NCBI RefSeq assembly: GCF_964355755.1 | Contig: NC_092675.1 | Location: 14,294,912 to 14,358,911, forward strand | Length of the DNA: 64,000 nt | Direction of reading: 5' to 3' | Origin: Antedon mediterranea | Lineage: Eukaryota > Animalia > Echinodermata | In this document: positions 37,068 to 50,537 of the stretch, piece after piece | Numbering within the stretch: position 1 is the stretch's first letter | How the letters are laid out: each line of letters begins with the position of its first letter | The notes under the pieces: model-generated | The model's database searches: none | The model's input: only the letters and a program-made list of their open reading frames with translations | What the model was told of the DNA's origin: nothing | Made by a program: the position numbers and the translations under genes

Positions 37068-39500
37068 TCATTGGACTGAACGGGGTACTATACTACTTGT
37101 TTCTAACCTTTGAATTTTCTGGAGGTTGAGATAACCAGACTTCAGATAATTAGAATGTCCAGCTGCAGCAAATATTGGCAAACAATCATTCATAGCACGA
37201 ATATGCATTTTCCATGACCCAGTTCGATCTGCTTTGATGAGTTCTCGTGCAACCTCTAACATTTGGTAAGTTAGCCATAGTTTGCTAGTTTTAGAATTGT
37301 TGGCTAGTTCAATTTTTTTAGCAGCCATCTCTTGGACTGATGTGATCATACTGTCCGATGTGGTCGAGTCAATTTCACTATTCTTAAATGCAGTGTAATC
37401 TCTTTCAAGTGACTTTACAATAGTATCAAAGCCCGGCTGAACGTCTTTTATTTTGGCTGAAATCTGTTGGGCAAGACACTGACTAACAAGAAGATGCCCA
37501 CGAAATGCACGATTTACCGCTTTCCCATTCATCATATGTACCACTGCGTTTTCACCATATACTGTTCCAAGGATGTTTTTTAGTCCTCTTCATTCCATTA
37601 ATGTTCCTATCACCCCCCAATAAATTCATGAATGTGTGGAAACTTCCTAGTAACAATACGACATCTCTAATAGGACTACTTTCAGGAACCTCATTTATTA
37701 TCTCGGATGCTTTCCAGAAAAGTGGTTGATCAAATGTGACAACTGCTGGAACGTTGTGCTGAAATGCAAGATTGGAAAGATATTCCAACGTAGAAAAAAT
37801 GCAAGTTTTGTCACCAGAGTACATGTCAAGCATCGGAAGAAATACTACTGATGACTGTCCAGGATGGTACGAATTATTGAGGAGTACATGCATCATTCCT
37901 TGCCAGCCTGGTACTGGCCGATTAAAGTTAAATGATAACTCCCACATTATGTCAATGTCGTGGCCGACACTAGGTAGAACAGGTAATGGTTGAAATTCTA
38001 TCATACGACGTGTGGTTTTTCCAAAGGGGTATTCCAAGATGTCCACTTTTGATTTCTCAACGATGCTTAATTCAGATAACTTTCGTCGTAGAAGTGTCTG
38101 AGTAACCTCTTTTCCCGGAGTTACAGCTGCTATCATGCCCATGCCATGGAATGTACCCTTTCCATCTAGTGACACGATGTTATGGTCAACGTTATCAGCT
38201 GCAAACATTAACTTTCCATCTGGTTGGTAAACAGTACCTAAAACATCAGAAGCTACTGAAGAAGCAGCGTTTTCTTCAAATCGTTGCACTTCTGAGTATG
38301 AAGAACAATATCCCATGGGAGAAAGGATGTCTATCAAAAACCTAGATCGAAAATGATGATGGATTTGTACAGCAAGCCCGATTTGTAATGGTGCTATCAC
38401 AGTCCTTGGACGCACTGCTTGAATTATTGCTTGCCCTATACTTGCTTCTTTCCGACGTGTGTCCTTTCCAACTATAAGATTCTGAAGCATGCATTCGGAA
38501 TGTACTCCAAAGCAGATTCTAGTTTAATGTCTTTAGTGTTTGGATATGTGTCGTTTAAAGGTGTTATATGACTTTTTATGTCATTTTTTATGAATTTGGC
38601 AGCAGTTTCTATTATTGCTCTCTTATGAGCTTCCTCATCATCCTTATCAGGCATGTTGAAGTAATCACGCAATATTGTGGAAGTCTTTGCTCTAAATGTA
38701 ACAATATCATGCAGTCCTTCACCAACAGCAATGATTAAAGAATCGCCATATTGTTCCAAAAGTTTTGACTTCAAATACTGATTGCCGTATGGAGGGGAAT
38801 CGGAATCTTGTAGATATTCCTTCATCTTATTTGTCAGGTCAGTTACAGTCAGTTGTTCTTCATCATTCTCTTCCAGATAGTTGCTCATTTTCCAAAACGC
38901 TTGGTCCTGGTCAGTGTCCTTCGGACGTCCAACTTTCAATCGCTTGCAACTACTATACCCTGCTTCGTGGTGAATAGGCACATTTCGGCCAGTGCGAAAA
39001 TGTACATCACACGAATGGTGATACAGGGAGCACGCAGCATGAAGATTTCCATTGAAATACTCAATACGTCCCTGTACACTTAAAGCTCATTCATCACATC
39101 GTGATTTACAGTGTGTTAATATTTTCTTCACAAAGTTACAAGTTCTAACACAGCTATAGTCATCATAGTCAGCACACCGTTTGTTTATAACAACTGTTTT
39201 AGCACAGAATAAGCAGTCTGTTTTGTTATCAAAGAGCCCAGTTGGAAGGCGTGTAGCTCTTTAGGCAGATGAAGTAGAATCATATTTGGTTCTAATATGT
39301 CTCTCAATGTATTTTCTGTTAAGATAATTCATACGACAAGACTTGTGTACCGTAGTTCCAGGTGATACAATAATGTTTTCACCTCTCTTAAAACTTGCAT
39401 TATTAATGCCTTCAGCTCCTTTTGTACCAATCTTGACTAAATTTCCAGATACTAATCCTTCCTGACAAAGTGGACAATATTCTTGATTTTCACCACTCAT
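37068..39500 (-). pseudogene. Large DNA-transposon transposase, fragmented and 3'-truncated (widespread invertebrate family; probably DUF6589/Dileera-related)
   Basis: Collinear pieces CPLC..VHKSCR, CLFC, LHAA..YHHSC, ADNVDHN..DGKGTFHGMG, VTFDQPLFWKA, LGSFHTFM, GKAVNRAFRGH, ADRTGSW, AAAGHSNYLKS, with stops and frameshifts; superfamily assignment is inference. Confidence 0.75.
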
Positions 39501-40458
39501 TTTAAAGTCCTGAAATTCATAATTTTTTATATCTTTAAAAAAAAAAAAAAAATCTGAAATATGCGCAATCAATCTTTATTAAATTTAATCACAGAACATC
39601 ACTTATTTAGGCCTATTCTATTCACAAACATACTTTTTACATTTTTGAAACTTTTTTTTATATTGCTAACTGTATGTAATTCTCCCGGAGATGGGAAATT
39701 ACTAAAGGAGCCTAGCTTCAGGGCCTAGTTCATCAAAATACTACTATTTTCAGTAATCATATGTCATTAACTAGCCAATGACTTTTGAAAAACATGAAAA
39801 TAATAATTAAAATCTTAAGATTTATTGAAAAATTTTTTAATTACATTCACTCTAACGTTTTCTGAAAACTAGACCTATCGTTGCTATGCAATAAAAACGA
39901 TTTAAGCCCCTTGTATGTGTATATACATATAGCTATGCCGTGAGCCTAGCTTTTCGGCCTAGATTTTTGAAAGATTTTAAATAATAAATAAATTTTTATT
40001 AAACTCACATTAATATATATATTTTTGTTGTTGTTATAAAAAATAAAAAACCTCTTGTTGGTTGATTTATAGCTGTTTGATTTCAACGTTTTTCCTAAGA
40101 TTTTCAAGCTTCCCGCGCATCAAACTTTTTCAAAACTTTCTACAGTTGGCCTATGATATGCAAATTATGATAGCAACTAGGTTCAAATGTCAGAAATGCT
40201 ATTTTCAATACTTATTACATTATAACATAGCAATGTGCACCTATACTTACTAATTTTGTTGGTTACGGAATTATGATATAACTGGTCAAAAAGGCTTTTC
40301 CAGTCATTTATCACCACATTTTTAACATACTGTAGGAACATACATACTGACACTTTGACACTAACATCAAATCTCTGACCAGTAGTTTCGGAAATATAAC
40401 ATTTTCGTGCCATAAGTGTCAAAGGTCAAAACCTCGCGTTTTCGATTAATTTCAACAA

Positions 40459-43309
40459 CTAGATGGTACGCTCGCTTCGCTCGCGTACCATCTAGATCGT
40501 GCCCACAGATGGTTCTCGAATACATAATAATTTCAGCGTTAAAAAACTGACGATTTCAAATGTACAATAATGCAGGACAATAAGACACTGTGATTTATGT
40601 ACTCAACTAAAATTAGCACCCTGGGAATTACTTCCGAAAGAGAAACTTGTCGCAAAATGAGACCAATTGTTTAAGTCAAATTTAAACAAACTTAATTTGT
40701 GTTTTGTATGTAACATTATGGTTAAGGGATGGGGAAGAAGATGGGTGCAAAGAGGAACAATTTTTAAATATATTCTTTATCCATTTAGTAACGAAATATT
40801 AATTGTGTTCATGTTTTACAAATAATATACCACTAAACACAGTAAAACTTTGCGATGTAATTGAAACTATCACCGTCCTAGTCGATTGAAATAGTACAGT
40901 ACATGTAACGATACACTACGACGTATATATGTTTATATAATGTTAAACAATTTGTGAAAACCACCTCTCTATTCGGGGCAAATCATAAATTTGATTTAAT
41001 CGTTAATAAATATTAAATTATCTAACTCAACTTAATTAGTAGGCCTAATGGTTTTCAATTGTTTCTAGAGCCAATTCATACTTAAGTTGGTTCCTACCCT
41101 ACCCACCCAAAGTTGTTGTTGATCCTTCTTACCACCGTAGGCCTATCCTCTACTGGCTTTACAACGCTACTCATGTCAGTGAAGGAAGGGTGATGATGTG
41201 GGTGGTTCCCGGGGTGGTTTAACTGCAATAATAAAGATTTGTACATAATATACGCCCGCGGCGACAGAAAACGCTAGTTCATTACTATCTGTTAAAAAAA
41301 ATCTATATCCAACCTCTGCAGCACAGATTGAAAAAAAATGGATCGAATTTCTGTTATGAGTATACAGCACTTGCCTTTACGACGCCTGAGGGAATAGACA
41401 TTGGAATGTTCCATTCTTCGCAAATCAATACATTTGTATAAACGTATATTAAATCTATCAAAATAGTATTTTTTAAAGAAAATCGGCCTGTCTTCAACAT
41501 TATGATGCTGTACTCGAGCTGTTCAACCGGTTTTCAGCCATTAAAAACAATTATCGTAGGAGGAGATAGGAAAATGCGAATCATCCTCGTATTATCGTCT
41601 GCGGGTATTTTTCAAGACGGACATCCATTAGACAGTGTATACCACGATCGAAAAACACCCCTATTTGGGGCAAATCGTTGAACCTAAATTCGTTTTTATC
41701 GTCAATAACTAATTATCTATATATAAATTTACGTAAGGGCAAAATTAGGTAAATCGCGCCTTACTTCTAGAATTTTCACTCGATGGTATATAAAGTTGGT
41801 TCGTACTTTCGGTACTGATTTTAACCGCCTGATGTAACCCTGTTTACTAATTAAATTAAGTTAGATAATTAGTTATTGACGATTAAAACGAATTTAGGTT
41901 CAACGATTTGCCCCAAATAGGGGTGTTTTCCGATCGTGGTATACACTGTCTAATGGATGTCCATCTTGAAAAATACCCGCCACAAAAATAGGAGGAGGCT
42001 TCGCATTTTCCTATCTCCTCCTCCGATAATTGTTTTTAATAGCTGAAAACTGGTTGAACAGCTAGAGTACAGCATCATAATGTTGAAGACAGGCCGATTT
42101 TCTTTAAAAAATACTATTTTGATAGATTTAATATACGATTATACAAATGTATTGATTTGCGATGAATGGAACATTCCAATCTCTGTTTCACAAGTGTCTA
42201 TTCCCTCAGGCGTCGTAAAGGCAAGTACAGTACTGTATACTCGAAATTCGATCCATTTTTGTTTTCAATCTGTGCTGCAGAGGTTGGATATAATTTTTTT
42301 TTAAACGGATAATGAGCTAGCGGTTTCACTCGCCGTATATTATGTACAAATCTTTATTATTGCAGTTAAACCACCCACATCATCACCTTTCCCTCACTGG
42401 CATGAGTAGCGTTGTAAAACCAGTAGAGAATAGGCCTACGGTACATCACATGCCCTAAACGCAGAACAACTTTGGTGGGTAGGGTAGGAACCAACTTAAG
42501 TTATGAATTGGCTCTAAGAAACAATTGAAAACCATAAGGCCTACTAATTAAGTTGAGTTAGATAATTTAATATTTATTGACGATTAAATCAAATTTATGA
42601 TTTTCCCCGAATAGAGGTGGTTTTCACAAATTGTTTTACATTATATTATAAACATATACACGTCGTAGTGATGTATCGTTACATTTGCTGTTCTATTTCA
42701 ATCGACTAGGACGGTGATAGTTTCAACAAAGTATTACATCACAATGTTTTACTATGTTTAGTGGTATATTATTTGTAAAACATGAAAGCAATTAATATTT
42801 CGTTACTAAATGGATAAAGAATATATTTTAACATTGTTCCTCTTTGCACCCATTCTCTTCCCCATCCCTCAACCCTAATGTTACATACAAAACACAAATT
42901 AAGTTTTTTTAAATTTGACTTAAACAATTGGTCTTATTTTGTGACAAGTTTCTCTTTCGGAAGTAATAGGGTGCTAATTTTAGTTGAGTACATAAATCAC
43001 AGTGTCTATTTAATCGTTCCTGTAAACGACATGTATTATTTTCCTGCGGTACGTACATTTGAAATCGCCAGTTTTTTAACGCTGAAATTATTATGTATTC
43101 GAGAACCATATGTGGGCACGACCTAGATGGTACGCGAGCGAAGCGAGCGTGCCATCTAGTCTAACTCAATTTAATTAGTAAACAGGGTTACATCAGGTGG
43201 TTAAAATCAGTACCGAAAGTACGAACCAACTTTACATACCATCGAGTAAAAATTCTAGAAATAAGGCGTGATTTACCGAATTTTGCCCTTACGTAAATTT
43301 ATATATAGA
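40459..43309 (-). mobile_element. Non-autonomous Helitron, outer copy (40459-41715 plus 43160-43309)
   Basis: Minus strand starts TCTATATAAA at 43309 and ends with a hairpin and CTAG|T at 40459; no TSD. Confidence 0.85.
41716..43159 (+). mobile_element. Non-autonomous Helitron, inner copy of the same family (1444 bp), inverted
   Basis: A|TCTATATATAAA ... gcgagcgaagcgagcgtgccatCTAG|T; inserted at an AT dinucleotide; removing it restores gtcaataactaatta|tctaact as seen in the sister copy. Confidence 0.9.
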
Positions 43310-43863
43310 AGTGTTCAAAAACAGTAAATATAAATATGTGTGTTCTGAACATTTTGACACCAATATCAAGACTTTTTGATTTGTATTTACGTAGATACGA
43401 AAATGTCATGCTGTATATGTGTCAAAGGTCAAAAATAAGAATTTCTGGTTATTTTCCAACAAAATGTTCAAAAAGGGTAAATATAAATATGTATGTTCTG
43501 AACATTTTGACACCAATATCAAATCTCTATGACTAGTAGTTACGTAGCTATATAAATGTCGCGCCATTTATGTCAAAGGTCAAAAAATGTAATTTCCTCT
43601 CATTTTCCAAACAAAATATTCAAAAAGAGTAAATATAAACATATATATTCTGAACAATTTGACACCAAATACAGCTCTCTACGACACGCGGTTACTGATT
43701 TCCAAAAATTGGCGGCCATCTTTGTTAACGTCAAATTTTCGACCTTTGCGGTAGTCTAATTTGATTAAACTTTTGATATATGTTTTTTGAGACCTTATTT
43801 TATTGTAATACATCAAAAAACCTTTTCTTGAAATATTTTTGGGGTTATGAAACAGTTTGACTC

Positions 43864-44150
43864 GACGTTTTAGACCATTTTGTGATTTTCGAAAAAACTT
43901 GTTAACATAAAAACATTAAAGTGCTAAGAATAGCTTCAAATCGCATTATGAGACATTTTAGACCATTTTGTGATTTTCGAAAAAACTTGTTAACATAAAA
44001 ACACCAAAGTACTTAGAATAGCTTCAAATCGCATTTGGAGACGTTTTAGACCATTTTGTGATTTTCGAAAACACTTGTTAACATAAAAACACCAAAGTGC
44101 TAAGAATAGCTTCAAATAGCATTTGGAGACGTTTTAGACCATCTTGTGAT
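43864..44150 (+). repeat. Satellite array 3 (about three 88-bp monomers)
   Basis: Same monomer, slightly more diverged. Confidence 0.95.
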
Positions 44151-44159
44151 AGTAGTCAA

Positions 44160-45209
44160 TTTGCTATACCTGGTAATAAAGACTCACGAAATGAAATTTT
44201 GCAGCAAGGGAATAGATTTGCTTTTTGCAACTTTCTCAAAGAAAAGAGGCTGTCTAAAATCTCCATTGACTTTCCTCCATATATAGGTACCAATGCCAAC
44301 TTCCTGATGCAATGTTGTTTTTTTTTGGAAACTGTTTGGTTTACAGAATTTGACATACAACTCCAACTGTGATGTGATGATTTTTAAGACCTTTTCCTAA
44401 ACCAAATTTACTTACGGCCCATAATTATAGCCATTAAACACAAGAGTTTACTTTGCCTTCACATAACGTTACAAACATACATGGTACATAATAAATGTCT
44501 TGAAATGTTGCTGTTTTGGGCTAAGTGGTTTGATGTAGCAGTGCTCCCCCATTGATAACATACAGTGGGCAGTGAGATGAAGGTTTCTGAGTAGTCTAGC
44601 AGTGTGTATGGAGTCAATGGAGTAAAAGAGGGCTGCAGGAAAAGTACAAGATTCCTTTTCAACAAATGATGCATTGTGTATGACTGTCTCACATAGATGA
44701 TGAAATAGTATATGTGAGGGAATGTGCACTGCTTCTTTATTGATGAATATGGTTGATTTGACCCATGTGTTCTTTCGTCTTAAATTTATATTTTGTCACG
44801 GTTGCTTCATTCATTGATTTAATACTGTATGTTCTCGATGGGGGAGCACTGTGAATGCATGTCAAGTTTGTCCTTGGTGTGAAGCTCTGTAAACATTAGT
44901 TTGGTTTTTATACATGGAATCCAGGGATGTGATACTACATCCCATCTATTTGGTATAGGAAAAGGTCTTAAAAAGTCATAACACCTGGGCAGTAGTATGC
45001 TTACAAACTCTGTAAAACCAAACGTCTCCAAAAAAAGAAACCATCGCATCAGAGGAATTGGCATTGGTATAGCTATATACTGTATGGAGGAATACGTTCT
45101 GGGAGAAAGTAGCAAAAAGCAAAACAGCACTTGAAATAAAGTCTATCCCCCAACAACAAATGCTGCAAAATGTCATTCCCTGCGTGTATATTACCATGGT
45201 ACAGCAGTG
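44160..45209. mobile_element. Old foldback/MITE-like element with ~250-bp diverged inverted arms
   Basis: 44162-44408 is the degenerate reverse complement of 44948-45206 (e.g. tttttaagaccttttcctaaaccaaat / atttggtataggaaaaggtcttaaaaa); right end ...cagcagtg. Confidence 0.7.
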
Positions 45210-48200
45210 GATAGAAAATACTCTTCAACCCACAGACTGCTGGGGGATGGAAAGTTACAAATGGCGTGATGTGTCCATTGATGACAAATTTACCACCAGT
45301 GTCACATTTGAAAACTATAGTCTAGTATAGCGCCCTCTCTAGAGCGGTAGGTATAGGACCCTAGCATATTTCAAGGTATTGTTGCGGCGGCAAAATTTGC
45401 ATATTGTTCGCCCGGTGAGGCGAAGCGTCGTCTAGCGTGGTTTGCGAAATGTAGGCACTCAATCTCTCGACATCATTGCGTTGAGTCATTAACTCCCACA
45501 GCCAATTGTGCGGGATATCTAGGAGTGATTGTTTAGAGCTTATTTATCGTGGGACGCAGTGTGCATTGATTGCACCTAACTGTATAAGCCTGGCCTTTTA
45601 TAAGAATTGGTAGAACCATGATGCTCATATTATTGTAGTTCAGTTATAAACCGACGGACTGGGGTGAGCGCAGTATCGCGGATTGAAACTCCCGAAAAGG
45701 CTCCCAGCTGAACGTGCATGGAATGAATTCGTCGTCTCCTATGATAGTCTAAGCAGCCTTTGGAAGTGGACATTTGTCGCCTACATTCAAGTACATGAGG
45801 TTACACTTAACAATCTGTAAATTGTACAACCGGAGGAAGTCTGAAAGCCACATCCATTTTGACCACGTTAACCACTGGAAGAAGAAGACGGCTAGCGTGT
45901 GGAACTGTAGCTGACACTTGGACATTCGAAAAGATAACTTGTTGTTGTAAATCCGCAGTATCAGAATAATAAGCAGTAGTATATTTCTATAGTATTTGAA
46001 TTGCATTGGGTAATAACAGTTGATTGTTGACATTTAAGTCACATAAGTACCACACTGGAGCTATTATTTACTCTGTAAGCCCTGAGTGGCAATTATTGTA
46101 AAGTTGTTGAGAAGGGTAATATCATTGCAGACACTCTGGTAATTGGAGACGGGTTACGTCGTAATATATTAATCCAGATTTATAACAAATCTAATGTTAT
46201 TGATAAGAACCATACTGTAAAAGTCCTGGTAATTGGAGACAGGTCATACTTAAGTAGATTTATTATCCATAAGGTTAAATTATTGCCCTCAATTGTGGTC
46301 ACTCACTTGTTTGAGCCTATGGTTTTTGTGTTTGTATCGTTTTGTGTTTATTCGTGTGTAATAAGAAATTATCATAGAAGAATAAATTGATTTTGCATTC
46401 GGTACATGTTGTATGAGACTCCTTTTGTTGCATACCTAAGACAGAAACTAGACCTTGGGTCCAAATTGTTCATTCGTGATTTTCATGGTGACAACCAGTA
46501 CCACTGTTTGTGACGAATACCACGGCATCAGCACATGCCTAATTCCTACCTATAGACAGAGGATGATAACTGGACAATGAAAATGAATGGATTAATAGAT
46601 TCTAAGAGTGTATAATTCTATTGTTGTGACAGTACAAATGTAAATGAACTGTTTTATTAGACACCGTAGTCTTGCATTATAATGCATAAGACTACGTTGT
46701 CTATTATTATAACCGTGGTGATATCTTGATACTTAAATGTGTGTTTTTGTTGCTAAATAGCATTTGAATTAATATGTATATTGCAGTTAAGTTTAAATGT
46801 TTTGACACTAAAGAAATATAAAAAGCATTATAAAAACTGCTATCAAGTGGTAATTAGATATAAAATATATGTTTTTTGCTCATTTTTAGACATTTTTCGC
46901 CATTGGTGGCCATTTTGTTTAAAAAAACCTATATTTCCCCTACCTGGATTTTTCTAGACTTTTTAAAGTACGTTCATATAGGGGTGGTGAAAAAATTATG
47001 TTGCAATTTTTTCAACCTTTTACTGATTCTGAGCATATCTTTCCTATGCTAGCAAGCAATGCCGGTACCTTCCGATCATTTATTAGGCCTAGCTAGCTAG
47101 CTAAGCAAACTCAATTCAAGAAGGCTCATCGCGTGGACCGCGATCGCGACAGGGCAGTGTCCACTAGGCCTAGCCAGTGCGGCTAGTGAGTGAGCCTAGG
47201 CCTAGCATTTTTTTGCAAATCTGTAAGTCGAAGTTCGCGTAACTCGAATTTTTATACCGGTCCCATTAGATTCGACTTAGGCGGAGTCGACTGGTTATCG
47301 CATCTCATGCTTTGTTGTATAGTATTTTTTATGACTATTACTACCATTACAGTGTTATCATTCTTAACGTTATTCCACTAAAATTTGCATTTATTAGATT
47401 TGTTGTTTCCATTCCAGTTTAGTTTTATCATGGAGTCTTGGCGAAAAACAAATTCAACTGTCAGTGACACAGTTATAGTCTCTTAGATAGTACAGACGTA
47501 TTAATACAGTAGTTTGGCTATGAAAAAAGAAATGGTAACTAAGAAAAAAAAAGAAATTTAATTAAAACGTTTTTCCTTCCATTGCTTAGGTGACCTAAGG
47601 AACAAAGAGGAATATCAGGAACTCACACATCAATACAAGCAGAATCAAGAAGAAAATTAGTGATAAAAAAAAATAAATTTAATAAAACTTTGTCGTCTTC
47701 ATTTGATTGGTTTTTAATACAACACAGGAGTAATTCAATGTTTTATCATGGAGCTCAGGTCAGGTCTTAAGAATACTACAGACAGATACAGACTATCTGT
47801 ACACTGCCTGTCAGACCCCTCTAAAGTTCGAATAGAGACCCCGCTTACAATAAGTATACCATACGTAGGCCTAATATTACTATTAGATATTGTAGATACC
47901 ACCAGCAATCAATGCCATTTGATGTGTATAATAGGCCATTTAGTATTCCTTACAATGGCCTATTATACACCACCTACATTGCCTTGGTCCTACAGACACA
48001 ATCTAGACATTCGCCTCTTTACCGGATTTCGGTCTCATTAAAGGTCGATAAAACTCCAAATTAGGCCTAGGCCTATTCATTTACATGCAATGAACTTATT
48101 AATAATTACAGTAGTTACAAAGACGTCGTGATTAATTTTCCCCAATCACGTAGAAATTGCGCACACGCGTGAAATGTTACATACATTTTCCCGCCGCATT

Positions 48201-49469
48201 TCGTCGTTCAAACGCTGCGCAGCTTCGGATGAAAGCAGTAAATGTAGGCCTACGTCGACGATACCTTGATTATTCACAGCGTTTATTTGTGCAAACTGTA
48301 CGGTAAGTATTTAAATTGTGCAGGAGATGATGATTATATTTTGTAGGCAGGCTAGGCTGTCATCTACCTAGGCTAGCCTAGATTTAAAGCCTAAATTAAA
48401 ATAATAAAATGTTTACAAAAAATATAACCGTCCATATTGTCTAGCCTAAGCGTACGTCATCGGTAAGCGCCTACCAATTAAATATCAAATTAGGCCTACT
48501 ATTTGGGCTAGCCTAGAACTCGGAGTATGCCAGACTAGGCACCTACTAACTATAGTACTACATTATAGTTAGGCTATAGCCTACACATTTTGACCGTTTT
48601 TTACAATTTATTTTTAAGCAAAGGTGCCTGCAGGGCCAGGTAGGTGAGGGAGTCGAACATGAAAGACAAAAAAAACAAAAGAAGAAGAAACTAGTGGTGT
48701 CAACTGTTTAAAGAGTCTACAGAGACTAGAGCTGCTGCTGTCAAGATTTTGCGCCTTAATCACCAAGAGAGTGAAGGGAAATCTGTAAATATAACATTTA
48801 TATTTAAAAAAATAAAAAAATATCTAGGCTAGCATAGGAGGCCTATTGATTGTTTGTTTGTTGCCTATTATTATTATTAATAATGATAATAATATTAATT
48901 AGGATAGGCTTAGGCCTATTAATAATAATACGTTGTCTTTACTGCATATAGAATTAAAACTTGTGTATCAATTATCTTGGCATGGCAATATCGCTCGTCG
49001 AAGTCGTGAAGTTAAATAGGCCTAGTTTTCTTTTCACACTAGTAGTAGGCCTACTACAGTACTTTATTATTGATAATTTTGTAGCCTGGATAGTGAAACA
49101 AATCTAAATATATAGCCTAGGCCTATAGTATATGTATATTAGGCCTAGGTAGGCTAGGTATATTATGTCATCATTTATTTTGTTTGAAAGATTATTTAAT
49201 TTAATACCTAGGCCTAGGTAAGGTATATTTAAAGTCGTTTAATACAAGAAGATGCACTGCCTCACTGACACTGAATTCTAAAAAATGTTGGAGAATCCTA
49301 TATGAACTGAAAATGTCTTTGTTAGTTTAGGCCCTAGTTATATTATTCTGTATTAGTTATTACAATTTTTCATTTATAGTTGCTGCAATTTGTTTATGAA
49401 ATAAAGCGATATTACTTAGTTTTTCAACCAAAACAATTGAACAATTTTTATTATGTGTAATGGTTGTAA

Positions 49470-50219
49470 TTTGACGTCGATACAACGTTGAAATCGTGAC
49501 GTTTAACCCAACGTTAATCCAACTTATAATGACTTCGTTGCTCGACGTCGATTCATTCCAAGTACAGTACATCAACATTGTACCGACGTCGTACACTGGA
49601 CGTCGAAGTAACATTTATATTCGACGTTGACACAACGTCAAACAGACGACGTCGACAACTAAAATCCAACATTTTATGGACGTCGTGACTGGACGTCGAT
49701 TTAACGTTGATATCCGACGTTGAAAACTGACGTCGATTCAAATCCAACTACAAAACAACGTTGTATCGACGGTGCGACTGGACGTCAATGTAACGTTTAT
49801 ATCTGAAGCTGACACAACGTCACAAAGATTACGTCGATTCACCTTTCAAATCCAACTAAAATCCAACGTATCATCGACGTCGTTGCTGGACGTCGATGTA
49901 ACGTTGATATCCGACGTTGACATAACGTCATAAAGATCGATTCACCTTTCAAATCCAACTAAAATTCAACGTATCATCGACGTCGTGGATGGACGTCGAT
50001 TTGACGTTGATTTCCGACGTTGACATAACGTCACAAAGAAGACGTCGATTCACCTTTCAAATCCAACTACAATCCAACGTATCGTCGACGTCGTGGCTGG
50101 ACGTCGATGCAACGTTGATTTCCGACGTTGACACAACGTCAAAAGATGACGTCGATTCAGCTTTCAAATCCAACTACATTTCAACGTTGTATCGACGTCG
50201 TAATTGGACGTCAATGTAA
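49470..50219. repeat. ~107-bp CpG-rich (ACGT) minisatellite, resuming at 63214-63240 after Harbinger 2
   Basis: Unit gacgtcgattcacctttcaaatccaact...gatgtaacgttgatatccgacgttga; copies at ~49831, 49935, 50042 and 50149. Confidence 0.9.
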
Positions 50220-50537
50220 AGCCTGGTTTCCAGTCGACGTAAGACTTGCTTCCGCTTACGATTGCGTCGTTTTCTTACGATTACGCTTGCGTTCCGATCA
50301 GTAGACAAAAAACTAACGTCAACACAAAATTGTCATAATCGCGTTGGACCGCAAAAATTTAGATTATTACATGTGCTGATTCCGTCGTTACGAAAGTTGA
50401 ATTTATCGCAAGTCTGTCCTTCTTGCGCTTACGTCGAGTTGAATTTTTTCCTTCCGACAACACATGGCTCACACAATTCCTCGCGAAAAGAGAGGAGGCC
50501 ATTTTCCAAAACATAAACAGTGCAGTGCGATTTCAAT

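Larger units (their letters stand above)
40330..43863. repeat. ~150-bp subterminal tandem repeat of the large transposon, split by the Helitrons (40330-40458 plus 43310-43863)
   Basis: Recurring tgttcaaaaa..gtaaatataaatatg..tgaacattttgacacca..tgtcaaaggtcaaaa; the unit is contiguous once 40459-43309 is removed. Confidence 0.75.

Noticed and set aside
40459-43159. Single foldback transposon with 1.3-kb TIRs
   Set aside because: No TSD; the spacer recurs inverted at 43160-43309, and nested Helitrons explain both junctions
49360-50516. Short ORFs over the ACGT minisatellite
   Set aside because: Repeat-derived, with no domain signal
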